Shown here in pieces: positions 1 to 13,286 of a stretch of DNA of 64,000 bases. Below the pieces are notes generated by a model. That model was not told the DNA's origin. It searched no databases and worked only from the letters and a program-made list of their open reading frames with translations. Every line of letters starts with the position of its first letter. The first letter of the stretch is position 1. Source of the DNA: Eledone cirrhosa (lineage: Eukaryota); NCBI GenBank assembly GCA_964016885.1, contig OZ024745.1, positions 65,968,001 through 66,032,000 of the forward strand, read 5' to 3'. A program made the position numbers and the translations under genes.

Positions 1-35
1 GTAGCGGAGATTCATTCGGTCTCCTAGTTAGATTT

Positions 36-300
36 TTAGTCTACGACTTCTGCTATACCATTTACGTGGTTTTGTCTTTGCACGCTATTGTTCTCCACGC
101 TCCACATATGACTTATTATCTTCGTTTTTTCGTTCATTGCCAGAGAACGTCTCTATGCACCACTTAGAGAACATTAGTCTACGACCTCTTTTATACCATA
201 AACGTGATTCTGTCCTTGCACGTAATTGTTTATCACCGCTCCTATTAATGACGTATTATTCGTTATTTCCCGTTCTTTGCCAGCGAACGTCACCATGAAC
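36..300. repeat. Diverged tandem duplication, period 138 bp
   Basis: ttagtctacgac...tgccagagaacgtc (from 36) recurs as ttagtctacgac...tgccagcgaacgtc (from 174), colinear with substitutions. Confidence 0.85.
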
Positions 301-366
301 CAAAGTATCGTCTTCCTGTCTTCCTCCGGTTGCAACGTTTTTTTGAAATATCCAGTTCTGCGTTTA

Positions 367-440
367 CAGATTGACTTTGTTAGTTTCAGAAGATCCCGTT
401 AAGGGTGAAAGCAGCGATTCTTTGCTTAAACTTTAATCTG
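367..440 (+). ncRNA. Type I hammerhead ribozyme-like motif (core CAGAAGA, U4A deviation)
   Basis: Stem I agttt/aaact, extended by cagattga/ttaatctg; core CAGAAGA; stem II ccc-gttaa-ggg; GAAA; stem III AGCA/TGCT; CUU triplet. Confidence 0.6.
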
Positions 441-443
441 TTA

Positions 444-509
<66 letters not shown>

Positions 510-550
510 TTATATATATATATATATATAAATCTACATACATATATATA

Positions 551-1037
551 TGGTGGCTGCCAACTCGTTTTCGAGTACGGCCACTACTTTATATCCATGT
601 AGGAGAAACCCTACCGATGCTCTGAACGAGTCTGACTTTTTAGTCCAGCAAGCGACTTGAAAACTCTGGTACAAACACTACACTTGTGACAATCATTGAC
701 ACATAGTGCTGGGCCCATGGTACCATGTGACGACAAGTGCAGAGAGATCTCCAGATATAAAGCAATGCCTGTGCCGTGAAGCTTTTATAGTGAGCAAAGG
801 CGCTGCACAAAGCCAGCCCCACTCTCTTAACCAAGATGATATTTACCAAAAAGAAGAATAATTCAACATCATTGGATACCATCAGGGTTGTAGGTGTTAT
901 ATCAGAGTTTTCCTTCTCCTAGAATTCTGCCTTGACAAAGGCTAAGGGGTCATCTCTCCCGGTGATCTTTGATGGCCATTGACTCTTAAGAGCTTCTTTG
1001 TCTTTTGACAGGTTTTGTTTTTAGTCCTGCAGGATGT
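551..1037 (-). mobile_element. RTE-derived non-autonomous retroposon, 5'-truncated copy
   Basis: Near-identical to 37403-37889. Contains the RTE-type 5'UTR motif aaggcagaattctaggagaaggaaaactctga, a C-terminal zinc-finger remnant and a 3' end abutting (TA)n. Confidence 0.7.
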
Positions 1038-1053
1038 ATATATATATATAAAT

Positions 1054-1090
<37 letters not shown>

Positions 1091-1370
1091 AATATATATA
1101 TATAAACGGAAAAAATGAAACGATATTTCATTTCCCACTCTTAGTACGGCTGTTATTTAAATATAAGTATGTACACGTACATACATATATGTATACCGAC
1201 GTACAGTAGTATGTATATATATATATATATACATGCATGCACACATATATATATGCACGTATGGATTCACCGAACATTTATTATAATGCTCGGTGTGTTT
1301 GTAAACAAACATCCCGTATTAAGCCGTAGTGTCTAGCAACCACCGTTGCTCGTTTGTTCAACACTGACAA

Positions 1371-1427
1371 AGGAACGCTGTACTAGTTCCAAGCTTGTTA
1401 GCTATCGTCAGCAACGTATACCTTCCT
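1371..1427 (-). ncRNA. Hammerhead ribozyme copy with mutated core (GAAA to GGAA)
   Basis: Reverse complement of 1862-1918 apart from one core substitution at 1389. Confidence 0.6.
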
Positions 1428-1861
1428 GCCAGATTGTTGAACGTATATACTTACCTTATGCATATTAACGGCTGAGTAGCCCAATTTGCATATCGAGTGG
1501 GTTAATCGGCCGGGTGCACCGAAAACGATAAACGGAAAAAAAGAAACGATGTTTGTTTACAAACACACCGAGCATTATAATAAATGTTCGGTGAATCCAT
1601 ACGTGCATATATATATGTGTGCATGTATGTATATATATATATATATATACATATTACTGTACGTCGGTATACATATATGTATGTACGTGTACATACTTAT
1701 ATTTAAGTAACAGCCGTACTAAGAGTGGGAAATGAAATATCGTTTCATTTTTTCCGTTTATCGTTTTCGGTGCACCCGGCCGATTAACCCACTCGATATG
1801 CAAATTGGGCTACTCAGCCGTTAATATGCATAAGGTAAGTATATACGTTCAACAATCTGGC

Positions 1862-1918
1862 AGGAAGGTATACGTTGCTGACGATAGCTAACAAGCTTGA
1901 AACTAGTACAGCGTTCCT
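1862..1918 (+). ncRNA. Minimal type I hammerhead ribozyme, canonical core
   Basis: acgttg-CTGACGA-t-agct-aaca-agct-t-GAA-ACTAGT-A-cagcgt. Palindromic helix III (ACTAGT), GUA triplet, stem I extended by agga/tcct. Confidence 0.8.
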
Positions 1919-2125
1919 TTGTCAGTGTTGAACAAACGAGCAACGGCGGTTGCTAGACACTACGGCTTAATACGGGATGTTTGTTTACAAACACACCGAG
2001 CATTATAATAAATGTTCGGTGAATCCATACGTGCATATATATATGTGTGCATGTATGTATATATACATATATATATACATACTACTGTACGTCGGTATAC
2101 ATATATGCATGTACGTGTACATACT

Positions 2126-2165
<40 letters not shown>

Positions 2166-2169
2166 AATC

Positions 2170-2249
<80 letters not shown>

Positions 2250-2414
2250 CATATAAATCTACATACATACAGACATACATACATATATATATAAATCTAC
2301 ATACATACATATATACGTACATACATATATACGTACATACATTTACGTATGTATATAGCTATGCATTTATACATTTGTATATATATACATGCATTTATAT
2401 TTAAGTGTGTAAGG

Positions 2415-2458
<44 letters not shown>

Positions 2459-2462
2459 AGAA

Positions 2463-2867
2463 GAGTGGTCTCAAACTCAAGGACATAAAAGGGCTATTAC
2501 GTCCTGGAGGAGAGGCACAGTGGGCCAAACGTGGTGGTGGGTGAAAACTTTCACCAATTATAATCATTTCTACTATAGGAACGAGGCATGAAATTTGGGG
2601 TTTAGGGTTCAGTCTATTACATCGATCCTAGTACACAACTGGTACTTAATTCATCGACCCCAAAAGGATGTAAGGCAAAGTTGAGATCGGCGGAATTTGA
2701 ACTCAGAACGTAAAAACGGAAGAAGTACCGTTAAGCATTTCGCCAGATGTGCTAACGATTCCACCAGCTCGCCGCCTTATTTTCACCAGTTATAATGCGA
2801 TATGAAATATTGGTTCTACCGCGGGTCACAGATAAGTAGTTCGCGGGCCGCATGTGTGAGCCCCCTG
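2463..2867. mobile_element. hAT-type MITE remnant interrupted by a SINE
   Basis: Termini gagtggtctcaaactc ... cgcgggccgcatgtgtgagccccctg resemble hAT/Charlie-like TIRs; degenerate. Confidence 0.45.
2561..2776 (-). mobile_element. tRNA-derived SINE (older subfamily)
   Basis: Minus strand starts ggcggcgagctgg, with B box gagttcaaattcc and a body similar to the 15.6-16.2 kb SINEs. TSD-like tttcacca(a/g)ttataat at 2549 and 2781. Confidence 0.8.
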
Positions 2868-5179
2868 TTGGAGATAAATAGATAGATAGATAGACGTGTA
2901 CCAAACACACACACATTTCTTACTCTCTCTGTCCCTCCCTCTTTCTCTCTTCATTTATATATATATATATATATATATACATATATATATGTGTGTGTGT
3001 GTATGTGTGTGTGTGGAGCGTTGTTATTTGGCGTTGTTGAAAAGATCTGTTGCCTTTGACCTGGCAATAAAAAACTGTAGACAAAATTCTTTCTGTACCA
3101 AGGCACACACACACAAGTTAGTGTGTGTGTATGTATATATATATGTGTGTGTGTGTGTGTCTATCTATGTTTATATATAAGGGATGATAAAAATATTGCT
3201 TTCTCATCACCAAGCTTCTCAATTCATTCCTTACTACTTATTTTGCTACAAGGTATATTATTTTGCAAGGTACTATTTTTCCTCTGAGTTTGTGATTTCA
3301 GAGAAAGGTAAGAAATTCTTCATATTTTACATCTTTTGTATTTTGACTTTGCAGTTTCAATTGTCTATCCACTCAAAATATTACAACAGCTAACAGTGAA
3401 ATATAAAATAAAAAAAAAAGAAGCTTTTTCGACTGAGATCAAATGTTTTTTTTTTATTTCAAAAATATATAATTTGAAATAACTTGCTTTTGTTTTGGAC
3501 TGAAACTTTTTTGTATTTAATTCGTACGAGTATTTTTAAAGAATCTAAGATAACTTGATTTGGCCCAGTAATCTACTGATATCAAAATCAGTAGTATATT
3601 GAAAAATGGAAAAATAGGGTAGAGGGGCGTTTCGTGATTTCGAGGGGCAAAAGGGGGCGTTTGGCCAAAATGGGTTGAGAACCTTTGTTCTAGTTGGTTA
3701 ATGCATACTATGCTGATGATGGTAGATTATCTAACTGTCTTGATGATGAGAATTCAGTTGGTCATTCAACCCAACATCACACTCATTAATTAACATGTAA
3801 GTGGTTGCTCACTCTATAGATATGTTCCCAGGTTGAATCAGTGTATAAATAATAGACAGGTTTCCAAACAGTTTTTTCTACTCAATTACACACACGAGGC
3901 TTGGGTATGATACTAACACAAGATACCATGCATTAAGATCGAATCCAGGTCTTTATGATTGTAGGTTTTTCTTAATTATTCGGTCATACTGTTCATGCAT
4001 ACAATGTTGACTTAGGGACCCTACAAGTCGTCTCCTTTTCTGACATATATCTGAGACTAGGTTATCTACATTCATCTATCTATGTTTGGAATGTTATACC
4101 ACAGTGTAAAGGAAATTTTACAACTACTTTTAACATATCGAGATACCACTTAGATTCTCCCTAGTAATCTCATCATTGATGGTAGTTTACTATACATGCA
4201 TAATGTTTTGGTATTCCTGAAGCTATACTTAGTTACTAATTTAGTTAATTAACGACTGAATAGTTTCTCAAATGTTGACTCCGCTTAAGCCATTTCATCA
4301 TTAATACTGATTTTGTTTGGCCAACAACAAGCCTTTCGCTCTTACACAATAATCTTTATTGACTTCTTAATCGGAATTATTCATTAATTTCACTTTTTAA
4401 TGAAAACAATGAGATTTAAGGTATTTGTTTTTAGCTCAATTGTGAAGATTCTGGTTTTAATTAAATTGGGAAATATTACCAATCAATAAGAACACGTAAA
4501 GACAGAAATACTCGGTAATAATGTATGCAAATTCAATCGGGAATATTTACTCTTTTTTTTACCAATGAAGAATACACGAATAAATGTGGTCATGAATTAA
4601 TTGACCAAAGAACGGTAGGAATAACAACAATGGTACAATACTCATTGGATTAAAAATGTGTTTCTATTTCAACCAAAATAACTGCAGATGATCTAAACAT
4701 ATTTTCATTTTAGTGATATATCAGTGACGTCATAAATTGTATCTGTCTTGAGATCATCGAAATATATCAGTAAACATTTCTTGTATTAAATAGTTCTTTG
4801 AATGAGGAAATAATAATGTTAAATGTTTAAAGAATGACATAAAACTATAGCGCATTGATGCATTGGATATTGTTTTGACCTAGACCTGTACAGAACTTGC
4901 TCAATGACATGGGTGAAAACTGAGATTAGAGCAAACGCAACACCATACGACCGTGAACAACAATATCCAAATACAACAAATAAAATATAAGTTATTCAAG
5001 AAAATCAACATAAACACGTTAAAAAAAACTTATATTTAAAGCGCCTTGACCACGCACTGACGGTCCTGCTAGAATTGTTACTTGCAAATATTAAACATTG
5101 CTAATTAACATTTAAGATGTAATAGGACAATAGCAAATATCTCATCCGGAGGCATAGTCCATATACGTCCATATATATA

Positions 5180-5194
5180 TGTGTGGTGTGGTGT

Positions 5195-5292
<98 letters not shown>

Positions 5293-5295
5293 TGT

Positions 5296-5388
<93 letters not shown>
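5180..5388. repeat. (TG)n microsatellite
   Basis: Directly visible. Representative of many (TG)n, (TA)n and (GA)n tracts, e.g. 41625-41883, 23457-23600, 37010-37400, 50060-50340. Confidence 0.98.
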
Positions 5389-5460
5389 TGTTTATCCCGG
5401 GTTCAATCGGGGGTAACCACAGTAAGTAATTTACTCAATACATAGCAGAATATAGATATT

Positions 5461-5582
5461 TAATATAGAAAAGGCTTCTCAGGTCTAGAACTGTTTCATT
5501 CGGAAGAAATCATCAGGAAAGCCCCTGATGATTTCTTCCGAATGAAACAGTTCTAGTCCTGTAGAAGCCATTTCTACATTAT
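5461..5582. ncRNA. Back-to-back palindrome of two hammerhead motifs
   Basis: Arms 5461-5517 and 5524-5582 are reverse complements. The plus arm reads CTGATGA-t-ttc-ttcc-gaa-t-GAA-ACAG-ttctagtc-CTGT-A-gaagcc. The minus arm retains stem I 5' strand ggcttt but has lost one base at the cleavage triplet. Confidence 0.7.
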
Positions 5583-5792
5583 ATATATATATATGTGTGT
5601 GTATACTTACGGTGATCATGTTGACTAACTGGGGTTACGTATGCAACGCACCTATCATTGAATAGTGATGCAATTCAAATTAAGCACTCAACGTTAGGAG
5701 GTATTTCAAATCTTTGATGGTATATCATTAATCAGTAGTCATATGTTTATAGTTAATGGATACATCATTATATGACACGATATTTGTGTGTG

Positions 5793-5848
<56 letters not shown>

Positions 5849-5944
5849 CGTGTGTGTGCGTGTGCGTGTATGTACTTGTGTGCTATGGAAGCAGCTAATT
5901 GTCTAGGATATATATATATACAGATATATTTATACATATATAAC

Positions 5945-5994
<50 letters not shown>

Positions 5995-6184
5995 TTTGTT
6001 GGTTCACCACCGGATAGAATTGGTCATTCCGTATGGTCAATCCTGATGCAATATTATGGAAAGTACTCAACGCAGTGCAGTTCACCCGTCTTCGTTTGTG
6101 TAGTTGGTGGTGCGAATACGGAGTTAATTATTATGAATAAAATAATAGGAGGCTGGACTGGTGTAAATCCTTGAAAAGTTTATT

Positions 6185-6242
6185 ATACTATGATCATTTC
6201 AATGACCGGGTTCCGTATGAATCCGGTGATATCATCAGGTAT
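6185..6242 (-). ncRNA. Type I hammerhead ribozyme, canonical core
   Basis: Minus strand: atac-CTGATGA-[stem II accgg/ccggt + ttc/gaa]-GAA-ATGATCAT-A-gtat. Palindromic helix III, AUA triplet. Confidence 0.7.
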
Positions 6243-6298
6243 TTGAAATATAACAAAGGAATATATAAAAATCCATGGGTCCGAAAATCAGAGACAGA

Positions 6299-6345
6299 GA
6301 GGACGACTGACCAACTAGCTGTTTTCACCTCGGTCAGTCGTCCTC
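6299..6345. repeat. Perfect 14-bp hairpin next to the HHR
   Basis: gaggacgactgacc / ggtcagtcgtcctc with a 19-nt loop. Confidence 0.85.
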
Positions 6346-9300
6346 AAGTGATGGCAACTCGGTCTACTAATGAACATTTGGTGAAGGGGCGAAGGCTTAT
6401 AGTGTACTACCACCTCTCCGTCAGAGAAGAAAAAAAGAGAAGAAAGAAAGAAGAAAAGTCAGCGTAAGGGTCACACTACAGTCAGGCAAGAAAACGCCGC
6501 GAAAAATGTTATTCCAAAGAACCTATATTTTAACAAAGGCATATATAATGGGTGTCTGTATGGTCAAATGTGTGAACAGAAAATTGGAACGTTAACTTAT
6601 GTTAAGAGTTAAAGGATGAAATTAAATTAAATGTTAAAAGAAATTTTTTAAATAATTAGAAAATTAATAGAAAATTAAAGGTTTGTGTTGCGGGATTTAT
6701 TTATTGAAACTACAGAGAGAGTCTTATATGAAAAAGTTTAAGTGTATTATTGGGAATCCCTATAAGTTATCAAGGTGGGATATAGAGTAAAGATTAAAGC
6801 CTTCAATTGAAAAACCTAGCCAGCACCTCCTAACCACGTGATTCACACTGAGTTCTGGGACCCGAACTTACACTAGGTACCACCATCGTATCTATCACAC
6901 ACATACACGTAAATACTCAGAACTACATCAAAATTTCCTTTTTTTATATAATCAGGACGAGACGATAACTTGTTTGGTGTTATTTATTTTATTTAATGCC
7001 CCACTCCATAAATAATAAAATCGAAATACATTTGGTGAAAAGGATTTATTTGTGAATATAATTTGTCACATTTCATTAAAAAACATCGCATAAACTTAAA
7101 GCAGCACACCATTACATACCACAATTTTATGTATTTTCCATTAGCAATAAAATCTGTGATAAAAAGAAGTCATGGGCGGTGCGAAATTCTGTTTGGCATT
7201 TTATTCTGTTGCTGTTTATATAGGAATCTTTTTCAATTAACGGCATTTGATTACCATCAGTTTTATCGAATTAAGCTTCGAATTTAGCGTCGTCCATGAC
7301 AGCAGATAATTTCCATTCCATTATTTCTAAAAGAAGCTTATCTAATAAGCAGAAGCTACAAAAGTGTTCAATACATTTTCGGACTGTAACCTTTTATCCA
7401 CCATTCTACAATACAAGAAATATGTTTTATTGTTGTTTTCCTATAACTGAAATAATACGTATATATACACCCTATAAATTTAATCAATAGAAACACTGCT
7501 CCCACATATTTAATTAAAGGAAGCCGTAGCTTGCCTGACCTTCAAGTGCCCATAAACAGAAAAAAGATTTATTGTCATTATTGATGGAATAAAATCAATC
7601 TTATCTATCGTTAACAGAGTTGATGGTTTTTATTGGAAATAATACTCGTTGAATAAATAAAACAAAACGATATTCACGTTTGATTAAACTGATACTATAA
7701 AGAAAAGTTAAAGACTGAATTATCTCAAAAGATTAACTTTTATTAGAATGCATGAACATGCAGTCCAACTCTTAGAAAATCAACAATTATATAAAATTAG
7801 TCGTAAAACCAAATAAACTTTTGAAAATTAAAATTGAATAATGAGATTTAAAATACACGAGCAAATAAAATCTAACAAATATAACAAATCTCAACTTCAT
7901 GTAATTGCCTTAAAGCTAATTTACCTCAAGGTCTTTCTATGCTTTCATTGTTCTTGTACATTTTAGTGCTTCGTTCTAGAACGTTGAAATAACATGTCAT
8001 TAAAACAATCCATAGTCTGTATCTTCTCTTAATTTTCTTCAAGTTCATTGCCGACATTATTTCAAGGGATTTTTATTTCTCATGAAATTATTATAGAAAA
8101 TTAACATGTCATCTTTTACAAGAATGCAAATCATATTATTTTCATTAACACATTGTGATCTGAATGAATAACATTTTTTGAAACAATGATAGACTAATAG
8201 TCTCCCATATAATATATTGATATTAAAACATAGAATGTTTAATTTTTCATATTATACATTAACGATTTAACATGATATTGTAATAATATAAATATGTTTC
8301 TTCCTTTCTTCTTGAGCAAAATGCAAAGGTTTCCATCAAAGAGTTATGTGTAGTTTAATTTGCCCAGTAGGGATACACTGATAAGCATTTTGGCTGATAT
8401 CGATTAATGCAATTGTGATATGAAAATACGTATGATGATAATATATTAAAATATTTCCTAATTACTCAGTTATAATGATGCTATTTGAGAGCAGATTATG
8501 ACAAAATTAAGCTGATTTCACCATGGTCTCTTCTTTGTAATGTCATTGAGCTGTACCATTCAATAGCAAACCCAACAACGTTCCACATTTTGTGCCTACA
8601 CATAGGGTTGTTTTCTTTAATGATTGTGTCACGTTAATGCCAATATTTGTAAACTGAGTAGATATATTGACAAACCAAAAGTAAAAAAAAGAAATATATT
8701 TAACAATGTAAGCACAGAAGCCTACACATCGTACCTATGAACATATTTGTTGTTAGCTATATGAACTGTGCCTGTTTATTCTCCCGTATCCATGAGCGAC
8801 GATGACATATTAAATGACCAAGCTAGTTACTATAGTGGATTCACATAAATTGGATTCCAAAATGTAACGTGATTTCTAGTCAGGCTGGTAAGTTAGCGGT
8901 TGATTGCTTGTGATTTTTTAAATGAACCGGACGAGCTGATTTTGAATACCCTTACATAAACATGTAATCAGCATCATTATATTTTTTATAATTAATTTCT
9001 TTTAAAAAGATGAATTAAACTCATATTTTCTCAGCTAAGTAGGTGGGTCCCTTTTTTACTTTGACAAATTTAACTTACATGAAATTATGCCACAAGGGAA
9101 TTCCCAAGAAATTTCCATTTGTATAGATCAGTGAATTCAAGCAATAGGAAATTATTCATATAACATTGGTGGGCTTAGATTGTATATTCTATTAAATAAT
9201 ATCACTACTAAATGCTGAAGGCCAACTCGACACACGTAAACATTGAATTCAACAAAGAAAGCCATATTCATTATGGCATGGCATTCAGTTTAATCGTATG

Positions 9301-10276
9301 CAGCCTTTAAAAGGTTTAGCTATAAACTAGCATGTTCGGTTATTCTTGGCTGAGATGTGTAGTAGATCAAATTAGCTTCGGTCTTATACCTTCAACCCTA
9401 TAAGGATGAAAAGAAAACGTTTAGATTTGACAGGGTTAAACTTCAGATGTAAAGATGTAAAGAAACTTACTAAATACTAAATAAGTTGTTAAATCCGGTC
9501 TTCAGCTATTTAATCAATTCTGCATAATGAGAGCGACATTTATGAGTTATAAAAGGCAGATACAAACACTAAAATATGTACTAATGTTCCTGGAATATAT
9601 TTTGGAATTCTTGGTAAGGATTCCCAGGTATGCACTACCATCAATTTCCTCATGATAAAAATGTATAGTTCATGGGTTAGCAGCCATCTTCCCTTCTTTC
9701 ATACAAAACACATTAAATCCTGATTGATTAAATGTCTAAATGATCATATTTTTGTATGTCATTGTCAACATGATCATATTTTCGTATCAACCTCACAGTT
9801 AGATATGTAGGATTGATTGATTTTTTACATCTATATAACATTTCGATACGTTTTATCTCTCATCGTCATGAAATGCTTTATTACAGGACGAACATATTAT
9901 AGCAAACGGAAATCAAACATGCATTTGTAGCTTATTGGATTAGATTTTTATTCTTAGGTTAGGAATACAGGTATCTAGATCAAATATATTTTGGTACTAT
10001 TTACAACTCTACGCCTGGTAAAAATCGAGATTCAGATCGATTGAAAACTACTATATGTGTGAATATTAGTATGTAATTTTTTTATATCTAAACCTGTAGT
10101 TTATATTTCAGAATGTTGTTTTAGTGAGAAATCATTCTCCCTTAAAGAACTTGTATATATTAATAAAAAGTCCAATATATCAAAAGCATTATGCATACAT
10201 GTAGTGTATATACATCTATCTATATATCTATCTATCTATATATCTACCTATCTATCTACCAACACAACGGAAAATA

Positions 10277-10352
<76 letters not shown>

Positions 10353-10465
10353 GAGTTTTTTTTTACAAAATGAAAAAATATGAGATGTCCTACACGAGTG
10401 AAAAAATAGGAAAAAAGATGAAATCGAAAATGCAACTGGAGTCTTTTTAAAAAGTATTTATTTGG

Positions 10466-10509
10466 TTCCTTTACCGGTTTCGCAGTTCTTGTGCTTTTCA
10501 AAAGTAGAA
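10466..10509 (-). ncRNA. Hammerhead variant with U3-A8 core (best-preserved copy)
   Basis: Minus strand: ttc-ta-ctt-TTGAAAA-gca-caagaac-tgc-GAA-ACCGGT-A-aag-gaa. Palindromic helix III, GUA triplet. Confidence 0.65.
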
Positions 10510-10602
10510 TTGAGATGGAGGGTTTGTGGTTTTTCTCGCATCTGATGTTACTTCTGTTTTATATGGAAAAAAGTGGCTCGAAATGCTAGGTTTTTAGAAA
10601 AT

Positions 10603-12711
10603 TGACACCAACACCACAATACTCTAACCTCAATGAGATAAATGACGATATCTCACACTTGTGTAGAAAATACATCTCACAGAGGAATCTTTTGGCAAGG
10701 AGAATAACGACCAATCAATTGTACGGAATAAAAGCAGCTACAACCCAACAAAGGGTAGGAACAGAGTTCTGAACAAATTTTGTGACCACATAACAACTTT
10801 CCCATACCATGAACTACCGCAACTTAAACCCAAACCCAAAACGAGTCGAAGGGAATGGGAGATTATCCCTGAACTAAAAAGCAATACTAACATTGTAGTT
10901 AAAGAAGCGGACAAAGGAAGTACTGTCGTCATTATGGATGCTGAACAATATAAAAATTCTATGTTCTCTCACTAACTACTATGAAAGAGTAAAAAACTAC
11001 CAGCAATCAAAAACGATGACCAGATTAAACACATTCATTTGTCGATACCAGGAAGACTTAACTAAAAAGGAACGTGATTATTTAACACATTTTGAATTTA
11101 AAACCAGCAACCTTTACGGAATTCCGAGGATCCATAAGTGTAAAATAATTAACGATGCCTGTAAAGAATCCTCCTCAACCTGCGTGAACACACAATACCC
11201 CACTAACCTTAAGTTAAGACCAATTGTAGCGGGCCCACAATGTGAAACACACAGACTAAGCAACTTTATAGACATACTACTAAAGCCAATTCTCAAACAC
11301 ATACCAAGCCTTGTAAGAGACGATCTGGACCTCTTAAACCATCTCCCCAAACATGTCAACAACGACACTATTATTGTGTTTTTCGATGTAGTGAATCTCG
11401 ATCCCATACCAATAGGGACTAGAAGCAATAGGATTCTGGCTAGAGAAATATCCCATTGAGATACATGACAGAATAGAAAAAAGCTTCATCACCGAACAAC
11501 TTTTTTAATTTCGATGGCAACACTTACAAGCACATATCGGGGACTGCGATGGGTACAAAAGTCGCTCCAACTTATGCTAACTTAGTCATGGCATACTTGG
11601 AAGTCCAGATATATGAACACTCCAAATCAAAATACGGATTGAACTTCCACAAATATTTATCAGAGAAATGGAAACGCTACTTGGATGATTGTCTTATTCT
11701 TTGATCTCACACACTCGACCAACTAAAAGATTTCAAAAATTTAATTAACGGCATCAATGACCACATCCAATTCACAATGGAATACAGCCAAGAGCAACTC
11801 CCATTTCTTGACATCTTAATCATAAAAAAGACACAAATATTGAAACTGACATACACTACAAACCAACAAATTCCAAACAACACCTGCTATTCACCTCCAA
11901 CCATCCAAAGCACACGAAGACGAACATCCCTTTTAACCTAGCAAGAAGAATTTGCACAATTGTCTCCACGCGAAATAGAAGACTTCAAGAATTAATGGAA
12001 ATTCTGCGCGAAAGACAGTACCCACCATTAATAATAAATAATGGAATAGAAAGGGCTAAAGCAATAGGCATTGATGAATTACGAAAACAGAAACAAATTC
12101 AAGGTACGTCGAATATTCTATCATATATCTCAACACACAATCCAAGAAATGCGGAAGGTTACAACATTATTCACAAGAACATCCCACTATTGAAACAAGA
12201 CCCAAGAATGAAAAAAGCTCTTGAAAGACACAAAATAATCAAAAGCAAAAGACAGCCGAAATCACTAAAAACATTACTCACCAATGCCAAATTACCTACC
12301 ACAAATCCCCAGCAGCTGTCAAAAAATGTGGTTGCACTAGTTGTGGAACCTGCACTCACCTCATTGAAGGCAACACGTATACATTTCAACCAGGACAAAA
12401 TTTTGTTGTAAAAAATAACTTCACTTGCTCATCAAAAAATGTTCTTCATGCCATTAAATGTAAAGGATGCAATGAAGATTATATAGGTCAAACTAAACTC
12501 ACACTCAGAAATAGAATGACAGATCATCGCCAACAATTACGAGACCCTATCACAAGACAGATACCACTCAGTGCACATATGCGCAAATGATAAGACACCC
12601 AAAATCCAAATCTTCCCACTTTATCTTTGCACTGACAATACAACAGAACAAATACGAATAAATAAGGAAAATATGTTTGTTCAAAAATATAGACCAGCAT
12701 TAAATATAGTT
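10603..12711 (+). pseudogene. PLE reverse transcriptase + Cys-rich linker + GIY-YIG endonuclease, frameshifted
   Basis: KEADKGSTVVIMD, YGIPRIHK, LRPIVAG, FDVVNL, GTAMGTKVAPTYANL, WKRYLDD, KKCGCTSCGTC and AIKCKGCNEDYIGQT read across several frames. Confidence 0.9.
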
Positions 12712-13286
12712 TAATATACATTATATTAACACTATAACATGCTAACCATCCAAACAGACACATACATACACACACACATAACACCTATATTCGAAAATAA
12801 AAACCAGAGCTAAATAAACCTTAACATAATTTGATACTCTAACACCTTGACATGCTAACCATACCGCTCTCACACACACACACATAACTCCCTCTCCATT
12901 TCTACTAACGGAATCATTTCCCTACACACACACATACACACACAAAATAAAATATATATATTCTCTCCATCTTAACATGCTAACCATACTCCCACACACA
13001 TAACACCCATACACACACATAACAACCCCCACCCCACACCACAACTCCCTCCCCCATTTCTATTAATAGAATCATCTTCCTACACACACACACACACACA
13101 CCATCACACAAATAAAAATACATATCTGTACTTTTTTTATTTCAATAGAAAGTCTGAATTTTGACACCCAGCACATCAGCCATACTCACTGAACCAGAAC
13201 AATTCTCCCCATCCCTTTTTTCTTGACCATTATCTTTTGTTTGGCACAAAATTCTCTAAATGGCTACAAAAAAATTCCCCAATACG

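Larger units (their letters stand above)
1..450 (+). mobile_element. 3' end of a probable Penelope-like element terminal repeat (pLTR), truncated by the window edge
   Basis: Non-coding segment with an internal tandem duplication and an HHR-like fold about 10 nt before it ends in (TA)n. This is the same layout as the coding PLEs at 13.6, 43.5 and 47.5 kb. Confidence 0.5.
1103..2128. mobile_element. Non-coding PLE pLTR arranged as a large inverted duplication
   Basis: Unit of about 425 bp (1103-1550) followed by its reverse complement from about 1548, running more than one unit. Flanked by (TA)n, contains an HHR, and is homologous to 63101-63313, which is joined to a PLE RT. Confidence 0.8.

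Noticed and set aside
640-882. 80-aa ORF conserved at 37492-37734 as a possible small gene
   Set aside because: Conservation reflects two copies of one retroposon; the recognisable zinc-finger motif is in a different frame.
12588-12593. In-frame TGA near a possible Cys position in the PLE endonuclease (selenocysteine recoding)
   Set aside because: Immediately followed by TAA in a copy with many other lesions; no SECIS recognised.
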